Part shown: piece after piece, positions 27,091-38,727 of the stretch
Numbering within the stretch: position 1 is the stretch's first letter
How the letters are laid out: every line of letters begins with the position of its first letter
Origin: Rotaria socialis
Taxonomy: Eukaryota
Length of the DNA stretch: 64,000 nt
Assembly: GCA_905331295.1 (NCBI GenBank)
Contig: CAJNYD010000236.1
Location: forward strand, 124,001 to 188,000
Direction: 5' to 3'
Notes under the pieces: generated by a model
Told to the model about the DNA's origin: nothing
The model's database searches: none
The model's input: the letters and a program-made list of their open reading frames with translations, nothing else
Program-made: the position numbers and the translations under genes

Positions 27091-27570
27091 CCCATGTTGG
27101 AAAAACCGGAGTAAAATTGACGATTTACCGCGGTTTTACCGCTCCGGTTACCGGCTCCCATCAACACAAATTTACCGCGGTAAAACCGGGGGTTTCTTGA
27201 AACACCGCGATTTACCGCCGGTATTTTTCGATTAACCGGTTCGCTGAGCGTTTATAAAAAATTGTTGCTAAAAGTCATTGATCGGGCTATTTTAGGCATC
27301 TTTTTTTTCCTATATGATGACGGTAAAAAAAGGGTATCGAAAAAACTAGCGGTTAACCGCGGTNAGTGAAGCGTAACGGCCCACCTACTTTCGAAAACTA
27401 ATAGGAAAAGAGCTGTTTACGCACCCCTACTTTTGAAAATTTCGTTTTTTTGCTCACCAAAACAGAAAAAAATTTACGCCCTCTTGGTTCCAAAAGTTTC
27501 ATTTTTTAGGTCATGAAAACAGAAAAATTAGAGTTACGCCCCCCTGCTCTGAGCCCTGCCTTACGCCCCT
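27091..27570. repeat. Two different GC-richer repeat/MITE fragments joined at an N (27364)
   Basis: ACCGCGGT/TTTACCG motifs at 27091-27363; TTACGCCCC motifs at 27365-27570; a single N lies between them. Confidence 0.6.
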
Positions 27571-29021
27571 GGTTTTCACGTCAAAACTCTAAATATGAGA
27601 TAGATACAGTGATTCATGCAAGTATTCATGTGAAGGATTAATTTAGAGAAAATTTCTTTCGATACGTATACATAGCCTGAATTTGAATCTTCAGTATAAA
27701 GCTACTTTTAAAGATAGTAGCTTATCTTCTATTACTAATTCAATTCTAATCTATTTCGTATTCTAGTTCGAGTAAAATAATATACATCTTTACTCAAATA
27801 TAAAAGTAAAGCAAGAAAAAGAAAACGCATTACTTCTACAATTAATTTTGAAAACAACCATAAGTAGTGCTTTAGCAGCAATTCACCAGAGTACAAAATT
27901 GTGAATAATAACTCCTATTACTATGATTTTAAGTTAATGATGATGATAATCGATGAATGCATCATTGTGTGAGAAAACTAAAAATTATTATTTTCTTACA
28001 TATTATGTTTTTTAAATTCAGCCTCTCGAGACAGATATAATTATCTATGATATGTGACGTCGATATATTCAGAATACCTAGGATTTTTCTTTTCAAATCA
28101 ATTGGAAAACAAAATACCACATACATTGCCTTATATTTTCTAGATCTATTTAAACAACTTCAGATCTATATCTATATTGTCAAAGAATAAAAAAGACATA
28201 GTTTTGAAGAAAGATTCAAGTTCACTACGTATTTAACAATAACAATGGCATGTTGTTAACTGTAATTATTATTAATTCATTTTAAATATCAATGTCATTT
28301 GCTGCGTATAAATACTTCAATCAACTAGATTAAATTCACTATGATTATAGATATTATCACATAATAGTCATCAAGTTCATTGCAATCAATAATTATGTTC
28401 TTGAATTTCTTCTCAAATCTTTGCTCTACTTGAATATGAGATATAAAATTGTATGCAGAATTTTGAAATTTCTTAACTACGAGATTCAAATGTGCTTTTC
28501 TCGAAAAATATGATGTCTTATAATTGCGTTTAACCGAAACGTATTTTGAAAAATGAATAGTTCTATTAAGATACGTAGAATACTGTGTAATACAAGTTCA
28601 AAAAAATGATTATCATTTAAGACTATTGAATAAATACCGGAGTGTTGATAATTGAAAAAAGACATTCCATCTGATTTAGAACTGTTATTATCAAACTAAA
28701 TCTTTCATACTTAAGTGATCATAAGAATCTACGTATATAATCATGTATGATATCAAGTTGATAGTAAAAAAAAATAGCATATGAAGGAGATATAAACATA
28801 AAGAGTAATACAGGAAAAATGAATGTAAGTAGATTAAATTTTTTCTCTGTTCTTAAGAGCACATGCTGCATGACTTATAAAAAAAAGAAAGGGCTAGACA
28901 AAGTTCAAGTAAGCGAATTGACTCTTTGTTAAAGTATAGTTTTATTTTGTTATTCTTTAGTGTCTTTTTTTCTCTGAATAGTCATTAATAATTGTACTAA
29001 AATAAAGACTTTGTGTTTTGT

Positions 29022-29524
29022 TCAACCATGAAGAATAAGTCGAAAAACGTTGTTGATTACAAGCCACGCATTGTTAATACAACGTAACAAAAATGTTTCT
29101 GTAAACTGCATTGGTGGATCATTATCAGCCTAAATAAATATTATATTATTTTAATCTATATCGAACTCAATGTTTATATATCGTCATTTACTTTAAGAGC
29201 ACCAGTAACAACTATTAAAATACAGTTATCATATGTTGGTTGAATATCCATCGTTGATACTGTATGACCTATTGTTTGAAATGTTAATGAACGTAGTTTT
29301 TCAGCTATCTCTTGAGCACCCTTAGCAAAATCAGCATTATTAAAATTCATCATGCCATTAACAGGTTCCTTTTAATAAAAGAAAAAACAATAATGATATA
29401 GTAGTAAAATAAAGTCTTGTATAACGCTCACATAAAGTGCTGCAACACCATCACGCGGACCTGTATCAAATTTATTATAGTAAAAATCAATGAAAGCTTT
29501 GCCAATTGCTTTGAAATCGCTCAT
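29022..29524 (-). CDS. NTF2: Nuclear transport factor 2 (3 exons)
   Basis: MSDFKAIGKAFIDFYYNKFD..ALY|..GAQEIAEKLRSLTFQTIGHTVSTMDIQPT..ILIVVTGALK|ADNDPPMQFTETFLL..NNVFRLILHG*. Confidence 0.95.
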
Positions 29525-29968
29525 TATTAATGTATAAAAATAGATAGTCGATTTATATCTGAAATTAACAGAGCTTGTGTGCAGTAGCGATCTGGCAGAG
29601 AAAGAGAGAAAGAGAGAAAGAGAAAAAGAAGACAAAGAAAAAAAAAGATTCTAGTCCGATGTTAGACAAGCGATGCTGAAGGACCGCAGATAAATTATTT
29701 GCCTAATTATACAAATAAATTTATTTCATAATCTTTTTTATTGTTTTAATTCGATTTGATTCTTGTGTTAATATGAATTTTTTTCATGAAATAAATCTGA
29801 ATGAAAAAATGGTAGGAGGCCACAATAATCTTAAAATGAACAAATGATCATTGATTGGTCGACAACGATTGATAGATAAAACCAGCAAAACGTTTTTTTT
29901 TCTCCCGTAGTGTCTATGTCTAGTCTGTCTGTCTAGATTAGTTTGATAGGCAATCATTAAAAAAGACC

Positions 29969-32900
29969 ATGCCTGTCCCTCTAAGCCAACCATCAATACC
30001 TAGGCAATTATCATGGAGTTTAATGATCGACTCAACGGCTGTTGTTGTAACAGGTTCGATGACGATTGGTTCAGTGATGGTTCAACTTGTAAATCGTCTC
30101 GGTTCGTTTTTTAGTAGTTTTTTTTCCACAAAACGCATTAATTTCTATCGAATACAGATATATCTCAAGATTTCTCTGATTATGCACTTTGGTGGTCCAA
30201 AGCGAATATTTGGTTAACAAATACAAAATGGACACTCGATCAATATGGTGTTCAATCAGATGCTCATCTTAATTTTACTAGCATACATAAATCTATTCGT
30301 TTACAATTACCTGATTTACGTGTTTTATCTATAACTGCAAATTTTTCAGTATCAGTTTTTGCTGCTGTTAGTAAACTCTGTAAAGATCTCGGTATGAATA
30401 GAATATTGTTTTGTCATATATTCAATAAGAAATTCTTGATTTTAACTTAGGAATTCGTCATGCTGAAGAACTTTCGCTTTTACATTCATCAAAATTAGCC
30501 AGTACAAATGTAGCTAATGAACGCCGTACATCACCTCGTCGTCGACGTCATAATATTGGCACATTAAATCGCCATAATTCTATGGGCGATTCATTAGCAA
30601 ACAATTCATCAACAGTATCAACTCTATGTTCTCCAACAACACCAAGACTTCGATCAGCAGCTACAAATAAAACCACAGTAGATATTGAAAAGAATTTCAG
30701 TTGAAAATAAAATAATATCAATTTTTTCTCTCAAAAGGAATCAACAGTACGTCATCAACGTCCAATATCAAATCTTTCGAAATCACTTAATAGTTTAGTT
30801 ACAAACGTTGATGGTAATCTAGCTCGAACACCTGCAACGCCATTAAAAAATGTTCTATCACAGTTAATTAAACCAACAAATATAATTGAAAAATCAAGGT
30901 TAAATGGTTTATGGTATGATTCATCGAAATCGCTTATGGAACAAAATACAAATGAAAATGATTTAATTTTATTACGCTTTAAATATTTTGCATACTATGA
31001 TCTTAATCCAAAAGTAGAAATTTTAATGCTTTGTTTTCTTTTAATATTTAAGGTATTTTCGTTTCAGTTTGATGCTATTAGATTAAACCAATTATATGAG
31101 CAAGCTAAATGGTCTGTTCTAAGTGAAGATATCGATTGTACAGAAGAAGAAATGATGACTTTTGCTGCTTTACAAGTAATTATAAGCGTATTTCAAATGC
31201 TGATAAGACAAGAATAGATATTCGATACAGCTTAATTTTCTCGATTGGCAAATCATTTCGAAAAATACGCTCTAAAAACAGTGTATTGAAGCATTGAGAG
31301 TTAGAATTTCGATCGTCACATTGGTAACCATGATAACTTGACACATTGTTTTGTTATTATTCTAGAACTACTTTTTTACTTTGTTGTCGAAAGATTAAAT
31401 AAAACGAAAGTGAAGAAATATTTATTCTCAGATAGATAGAATAAAGAGATTTTCTTTTAATTACCGGCAACAGATACATCTTATATCACATGTAAGCCCC
31501 TGCAGAATTATCTTTATCGCTTTTTTATTATGATTTTCTTCTGATGTTATTCTCAAGAGTCTTTCTATTGTCTGACTAATAACCAGTAAAGAATATCATA
31601 TCAATAGTAGAGTTTGCTGATTGTGTTGTAATACATTGCAAATAGTCTAAAATTCTTGAATGCACGTATGCATTTTCATTTAGAAAAAATAGACCTTTCC
31701 TTCTGGAAGATGCGTGAAAATATTCTAAAGTGTACCTTGTGCACCTTGAAAGCATCCGTAAGGCAGCTTCAAAGTAATTTTGACATATGCCATACATAGG
31801 TAAAAAGTCATTTTTACGTTCAAATACGTTAACTTATTATGAGAACAATGATTTGAACATTTTATCGATGTTAAACTTCATGTTTTCTAAATAAACATGA
31901 AAGAACGTTTTTTTTATATATCCTCGTTTGATTGGATTATAATAATGGTTTAATACGAAAATTGAACAAGTTTAAAAATATCTTAAGATTTGAACTAATA
32001 GTATGACTATTTTTGTTTGAATTCTGTTAAAAAAAAGTCAGCAAAGCTTAAAGATTTTCTTATGTTTATGCATGAGAGACGATGTCGACATGACAAGAAA
32101 TCTATATAATTTCTTATTTGTTAAAATACATGGAAGTAATAGACTTTAATAACATTTTTCTACTAGATAAAAGTATAATAATAGATTTTTAAATCTATAA
32201 AATGCTTTCTCTTAGCTTCAAATTCAAATTCAATCTCATCAATCTTCATCGACATTAACATCTTCGAATAACGATATGGGTCATGAATATGATAATGCAA
32301 ATGATTATGATATTGATCGAGCACTTGAATGCTTACAAGATTCGCTATTAGGAACAAATATAACGAATACAAGTCAATCGACAAATACTTTAATACAAAA
32401 ATTTTCATCAAATGGAGAACTATGTGATTATTTGCGTCTTTTGAAATCACGAAGATTTACATTTAAAACATTGAAGCGCTATTGGTTTGTTATGCGAGAT
32501 ACTCAACTAACCTACTATGCCAATGAATCTCAACAACATGGTACGCCTATAGAAAAAATTTCACTTAAAGGTTGCGAAATTTTACCAGATGTACATATCT
32601 CATCGAAAAAATATGCAATCCGTCTAATGATTCCATCTCTTGATGGAATGAACGACACGTTGATTCGTTGTTCAACCGTACGTTATCTTTTGTCTATTTC
32701 TTTGTTTAACTGTTGTCATCGTATATTTTCTTTAGGATGAACAGTATGCTAAATGGATGGCTGCTTTTCGTCTTGCATCTAAAGGTCGATCGATTAACGA
32801 ACAATCGTATGAAACTGAACGCGAGTCAATTTTAGCGTTACTTAATATGCAACGACCATCATCGTCAAATCATCAACAAAATAAATTTGATATACAATCA

Positions 32901-34851
32901 GAAAATTTTGTTTCACCTAAATTTGTTAAAAAATATAAAACAAAACAGGTTAGTTGGTATTTCTTTTACACAAACGTTTTATTTAATGTCACTGAATTGT
33001 TGTACTTCAGTTTTTGGAAATATTTTGAGTGATCGATTCGATTTCATATCTATGAATCATCACTAAAGGCATTTCCACAAAGAAAAATGCATTTCGTAGG
33101 CATGATAGAATAAAAACTTCTCTAATCATGTCAGATACAGTGCAAACATGATTGATTTCATCATAACATGCATTTAAATAATCCTTCAATAAAATATTAA
33201 CACGATTTCTATGATACTAAAATATAGAACATGACTGATATACATGTATCGTCAAACAATTGTCTGCATTTTAGATAGTTGAACAAGAAGGAAAAAAACG
33301 ATTGAGTCTGTGAAACAGTGCACAAAGCCATTTTGTTATTACTTCAAAAAATTTTTAAGTCGAATTCCAAATAATAGACCTGACAAATACTTATTTACAC
33401 GTTATTTCATTAAAGACAGAGGTTAGTACTGCTAAATGAATCAGATGACGCACATCATTTTAGTTTTGGAATGAATCTAAATCATTTATTAGAAGAAAAA
33501 CGATTCCCTTAATTCATCATCAAAACTCGAAGAATGATATTTTGATGTAAAAATAGGAATAAAAGTAATACGAGTAAATTGTTTATGATTAAACTAAGGC
33601 TAATACCAAACAAAGTATTTAACATCTTGGGTATTCTTGTATTTAACTACATCATAATTTATTAATGAAATAAATAAACGAATTTCAATGATTCTCAAGG
33701 ACAGAAATAATCTGTAGATAGAACGAGCAAGAGATGAGGATGATAAAATGAATTATTTACGGAGAAAGAAAGAAGAAAAGATATGTACGCAAACAAATCG
33801 AGAATATGAATGCATGTGGCGAAAGTGTCTTATGTTATTTAAAACATTGTTCCAGTTTCTATCAGTCTAGCATTGACACAGGCGAATCAAGATGTTGACA
33901 AGTGTAGAAGGATACACTCAATTATTGTTTTTATCTTGTCATTCGTATTGCATATAACGAAGTGCGCTGTAGCTATTATAGTGACGTAATCTACAATTTG
34001 AAAATACATTTTCGACGAATAATACGTCGTCAGATTATTTTTCGTGTGGAAGCTTCATAAAATTTTGAATCTGTATTCCGGGTTATTCATAAGAACAATC
34101 TATTGGATCTACTGTAAAATCGCTTGTTTATCATCTGACTTGAAAAAAAAGAGTAGTTTGAGTCCATATCCATTGACTATGGAAACTACCGTAAGATAAC
34201 TCATAGATATGCGATGATTAATTTCTAATTCGATTTTAAAATTTATCTCTTAAAACATATGATAACTGCATACAAAAATGAATGAGAAAAGATTTTCTAA
34301 GAGCATACGCTAATTGAATTGTTTTATTCTAGTTAACTGAACGAATCTTGGAAGCACATGCCGCTGTCAGTAATTTGGATGGCACAGAAGCAAAACTGCG
34401 TTATTTAAAAGCATGGCAAGCGTTACCAGAATTTGGTATAACAACATTTATTGTTAAATTTAAAGATTCAAATAAAAGAGAAGTAAAAAAAATGAAAAAT
34501 TATCTTTATTTTTCATGGTGTCTTTTTTTTTGTCGCAACTTTTAGGAGTTACTTGGTATTGCTTCAAATCGTCTGCTACGGATGACATTAACAGGTGATA
34601 CATTGAAAACTTGGTGGATATCTCGAATGCGTTCATGGAATGTCAATTGGGAAAATAGATCAGTAACAATTGAATTCGATAGCGAAACAATACATTTTTT
34701 GCCATTATATGGTATTGAAAGTAAATGTATACATGAATTTATTGGCGCATACATTTTTCTAGCTATGCGATCAACAAGAACAATGTCTGATATCAATGAT
34801 CTAATTCAACAGGAAAATCTTTTCCAACGACTTACGGCTGCTTATAGTTAA
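29969..34851 (+). CDS. Kindlin/fermitin (UNC-112-like) FERM-PH protein, ~9 exons
   Basis: F0 SDYALWW..WLTNTKWTLDQYGVQSDA; F1 LQLPDL..GIRHAEELSL; F2 WYDSSKSLMEQ..LRFKYFAYYDLNPK|FDAIRLNQLYEQAKW; PH FTFKTLKRYWF; F3 KAWQALPEFG..WNVNWE..HEFIGAYIFLAMRS. Confidence 0.95.
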
Positions 34852-35511
34852 ATTTTGTCTTATCTCTTCATTGTTTGTTTTTACTTCAGTGCTACTGTCA
34901 TTTATCTGATCTCGATTTTCTTGTCAGCATGTGTTTTTGTTTTGGAATCTCTGTTTTCTTTTTAAAACTGTCAAGATAATTTTTGTGTTTAGTCATATCT
35001 TTTATTATTATTAATTTTGATAGTTTAGTGTTTATCTGTTGCTGTTTGTAATGAATTAATAATTGGAACCAGGATCATTGCTATCATGTATCAAACATTT
35101 GTGTATGATGTATTTTAGATTTTTATATAATATGTTGTAATCAAATGCAGATGGTGATGACGTTTCTATTGATTTCAACCCAATACAATGAAACTAACGT
35201 CATAAAAATAAATGTTTCATAGAATTAAATATTGGTATGTTTCAAACATATAAAGAAAGACACTCTAAATTAAATCTCAGAAAGTCAAGTAAATAATGAG
35301 CGATCTATTCAGATTGATTTCACATGCTAACAATGAATGGAAATGTAAAATTTTGTTTTTTTTTGAATACTTTCATAGTGAATATTATTTAAAAGATTAA
35401 TTTTTTTCTAGAAAAAATTCGATTTTAATGTACTTGCTGCAACAATTGCTATCTTACAAAAATAAATTCAGAACAGGTAGAATATCTACATTTACATAAC
35501 TATTAGTTTCA

Positions 35512-36783
35512 TTATTTTACTTCATCCATTTCCTTTGATAATTTCTTTCGATCATTCCAAAATTTAGGAATGCCTACAAGAAAAATGCTTGTTGTAACTA
35601 ATAATGAACCAAGTACTACTAGCCAATTTGATTTTTGATAAGCAAACAAATTTTGAAGTATAATAGCAAATAATATATCGGACGATTGAACAATAGAAAC
35701 AATCGATGGATGTTCAAGTTTAATTGCTTTTTGTGTTAGTGTAGATGAAAATAATTGTATTAATGAAACAAAAGCAGCTAGAAAGAATTGCCAAGTAAAC
35801 ATCGATTGTTCGGAATACATTCTAAGAATAAAACGATTACGTATTTGATTCATAGTAAGTATTGATAAATTTAAAAATGAAAATTGAAACATAAGAATAC
35901 TTTGAGGAACTTTTAATACTAATAACTTTTTATTAAGTACAATACTACCCGATATTGCTAATGCACAAGCAAGTGCAAGACAAAGTCCTTGAAATCGATA
36001 AGATCTATTAGATTCTAAATCAATATCATTCATATGTTTATTGATCGTTACATTTATATTCGGTAATTGTTGTGAATAACCAAATAGAAAAGTTGGTTGA
36101 GCAACACATACAACACCGGTTAATGTTAATATAATAGCTAATACAGTTGATATTGATATACACTCATGTAAAATAATCATAGCTAGAATAGTTGTCCAAA
36201 TAACTTGTGTATATCGAAATGTTGTTAAATCTGGTAATGGAATAAAACGATAACTTGAATAGAATAGAATTAAACCACTCGAAGCTAACAGCGTACGAAT
36301 TATTTGTAGAATAATTAAACTTGGTGAACCATACATTATTTTATATCGTTTGTAAATAATGAAAAGAGTAAGAATACATGTTTGTACAATAAATCGACAG
36401 AGTAGTGCGTCAAAAAAGTCAACACGCAGCTGTTTTATTATGAAACCAGACGAAGTAAATAGAAATGAACCAAGAAGTGCATAAAATAGTCCTGTACATC
36501 GACGAACTGTTTGAGAACACGATTGTTTTTCATTTGGTCGATTAGGATGAACAATTAAAATTGATGAAAATCTTCGTTCAAGTTTATGCAATGTTTCATC
36601 GATATTTTCGCCACCTTCTAATTCATCTGCATCGATCAATGGTTGAATTAATGGATCAATACTTTGAATAGCATTTTCATCGTTTGCAACGTTATCCTTA
36701 GTTGGCAAAATAGAGCCATTCGGTACATCATCGTCAGTGACAAACACGTCTTCTTTCATGCTATAATTTCTTTTTTGTGTCAC
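35512..36783 (-). CDS. EamA/DMT transporter, SLC35G-like (copy A, single exon; first ATG ~36759)
   Basis: ~10 TM segments; motifs PLPDLTTFRYTQVIWT..LTGVVCVAQPTFLF and EHPSIVSIVQSSDILFA. Confidence 0.88.
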   Translation of the reverse strand: MTQKRNYSMKEDVFVTDDDVPNGSILPTKDNVANDENAIQSIDPLIQPLIDADELEGGENIDETLHKLERRFSSILIVHPNRPNEKQSCSQTVRRCTGLFYALLGSFLFTSSGFIIKQLRVDFFDALLCRFIVQTCILTLFIIYKRYKIMYGSPSLIILQIIRTLLASSGLILFYSSYRFIPLPDLTTFRYTQVIWTTILAMIILHECISISTVLAIILTLTGVVCVAQPTFLFGYSQQLPNINVTINKHMNDIDLESNRSYRFQGLCLALACALAISGSIVLNKKLLVLKVPQSILMFQFSFLNLSILTMNQIRNRFILRMYSEQSMFTWQFFLAAFVSLIQLFSSTLTQKAIKLEHPSIVSIVQSSDILFAIILQNLFAYQKSNWLVVLGSLLVTTSIFLVGIPKFWNDRKKLSKEMDEVK

Positions 36784-37093
36784 TAGTTTTTCTCTTCACC
36801 AGTAATAATACAAGCACGAGTACTCTTTTTTTCTCCCGTCTTTCCTGTCTAGACAAATACTGAACGCAAAAAAGAAAAGAAGCAAGAAAACTGCTGTGCA
36901 ATAGATTAGTATCGTTTCTTTTTTGTCTATTTTTCAGTTCTTGCGTTCTTTATAGTTATAGAAGAATAGAACTAGTCACGTTACTAGTGCATGAGCACTA
37001 ATGATTGTTTTCTTCTTGTGTTTTTTTTTCTAGAAGCAAGCTATTCGAACTATATCAATTCAAATACTGAATAAAAAAAATAAAAAAGGCTAG

Positions 37094-38335
37094 CTAGTCT
37101 TTTGCTTGAACATTAAATGTATTTTCTTCTGTTGATGTTGGTATATAAGTACGATTTTGTTGATCTAACCATAACTTATGACCACCAACAATAAAAATAC
37201 TTGTAAGAACAAGTGCTGATCCAATTAATACCAGTAGATTAGTTTTAATCGATGAAAATAAAATTTGAAGTACAATTGCAAAAAGTATATCTGATGATTG
37301 TACAACTGTAACAATTGATGGATGCTCGCGTTTAATTGATTTTTGTGATAATACCATTGGAAGTAATTGTAATATAGCAATACTCAATGCAAATAAAAAA
37401 TCTTTTCTCAAGATTTTTTTTTTTAAATTAAATTCCAAATGATTTGATTTCGATAATATCCAATAATAAACTTGCATTGCTATACATAAAACAAGAGTAG
37501 TAAATAGGAAATAAAACATTATGATGCTTTGTCGGAGATTTTTTTGGAGCAATTTTTTATTTAAAATAATACTCATTGATATTGAAAATGCACATGAAAG
37601 AGCTAATAATGTACCGAATACACGATTATTATTTTTAATTATTACTTTATCTTGTAGAGTTTCATTGTATATTTTTGATTGTGCAAAAAGAAATGTTGGC
37701 TGTGCTACACATGCAACACCAATAAGTGTTAATATACTTGCTATGATAGTTGGCAATGTAATTCGATCGCGAAATATAATTAAAGCAAGAAGTGCTGTCC
37801 AAACGACTTGTGTATAACGAATTGTTGTTAAATCTGGTAGAGGTAGCATAGATAGGCTAAGATAAAAAGAAATACTTCCACCAGCAGCAAAAATAGAACG
37901 AATAAAAATAAGTAATTTATTTGAATCAGGAATTGGTCGATAGCCTTTATAAAGTATAAATACGAGTGATATTAATCCTTGAACAAGTATCCGAATAAAA
38001 AGAAAGTCAACCATAACAATATTCAATTGTACTAATGCAAAATTTGAACATGTAAATAATAGGGAACCAAGCAAAGCATATATAATACCTGAAAAACGTT
38101 CCATATAAATAAAACATTTTCTAACAAGATTTGATTGGTTTTCATCTTTGTTTTCTTCCTCATTTTGATTTATAGTGCTCGTAGGCACAAAGAAAACAGA
38201 TGATCGTCGATGAATATACATAGGTTCATCGTCTTGATCATTAATTGGTTGAACTAATGGATCAAGACTTGCTGCAGCTTCCTGGGGAGATGTAGATATT
38301 GAAACGCTCGTATAGGTACGTTGCTTCTTATCCAT
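37094..38335 (-). CDS. EamA/DMT transporter, SLC35G-like (copy B, single exon)
   Basis: Tandem paralog: PLPDLTTIRYTQVVWT..GVACVAQPTFLF and EHPSIVTVVQSSDILFA. Confidence 0.9.
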   Translation of the reverse strand: MDKKQRTYTSVSISTSPQEAAASLDPLVQPINDQDDEPMYIHRRSSVFFVPTSTINQNEEENKDENQSNLVRKCFIYMERFSGIIYALLGSLLFTCSNFALVQLNIVMVDFLFIRILVQGLISLVFILYKGYRPIPDSNKLLIFIRSIFAAGGSISFYLSLSMLPLPDLTTIRYTQVVWTALLALIIFRDRITLPTIIASILTLIGVACVAQPTFLFAQSKIYNETLQDKVIIKNNNRVFGTLLALSCAFSISMSIILNKKLLQKNLRQSIIMFYFLFTTLVLCIAMQVYYWILSKSNHLEFNLKKKILRKDFLFALSIAILQLLPMVLSQKSIKREHPSIVTVVQSSDILFAIVLQILFSSIKTNLLVLIGSALVLTSIFIVGGHKLWLDQQNRTYIPTSTEENTFNVQAKD

Positions 38336-38727
38336 CTTACTTTATGCTTTGATCTTTACGATTATTATAAATATATATATATATATATATGCACATATAC
38401 GTAAATCTCTTAATTTACGATTATATTCTTCATTTCAAGTTATCGAAAAGTCCATAGATCATGCGAAAATGACCTAGATAAACCGAAAAATATAGTGATC
38501 GTAATTGATTGTACATAGAATAAATGAATAAATATAATTTTAATAGTTTTTGTAGTTTGAATAATAAATCCTATACATTAAAGAATTTTAATATTTCTTT
38601 GATGACAAAAATATCTATTGATTTCATTTGTTATCTTTTTTTAGATAGTTGAAATTTTATTTTTGTTTAATTAAAATGCATGATTGATGTCTAGTATTTC
38701 AAAGCATGAAGAATAATTTCAATACAG

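Noticed and set aside
34620..34655. Kindlin integrin-binding QW motif reads SW
   Set aside because: The Q position varies among invertebrate kindlins and WNVNWE is intact.
37521..37817. Antisense or overlapping ORFs (also 32163-32450, 40674-40931, 42416-42754, 51717-51974)
   Set aside because: Shadows of genuine CDSs on the other strand.
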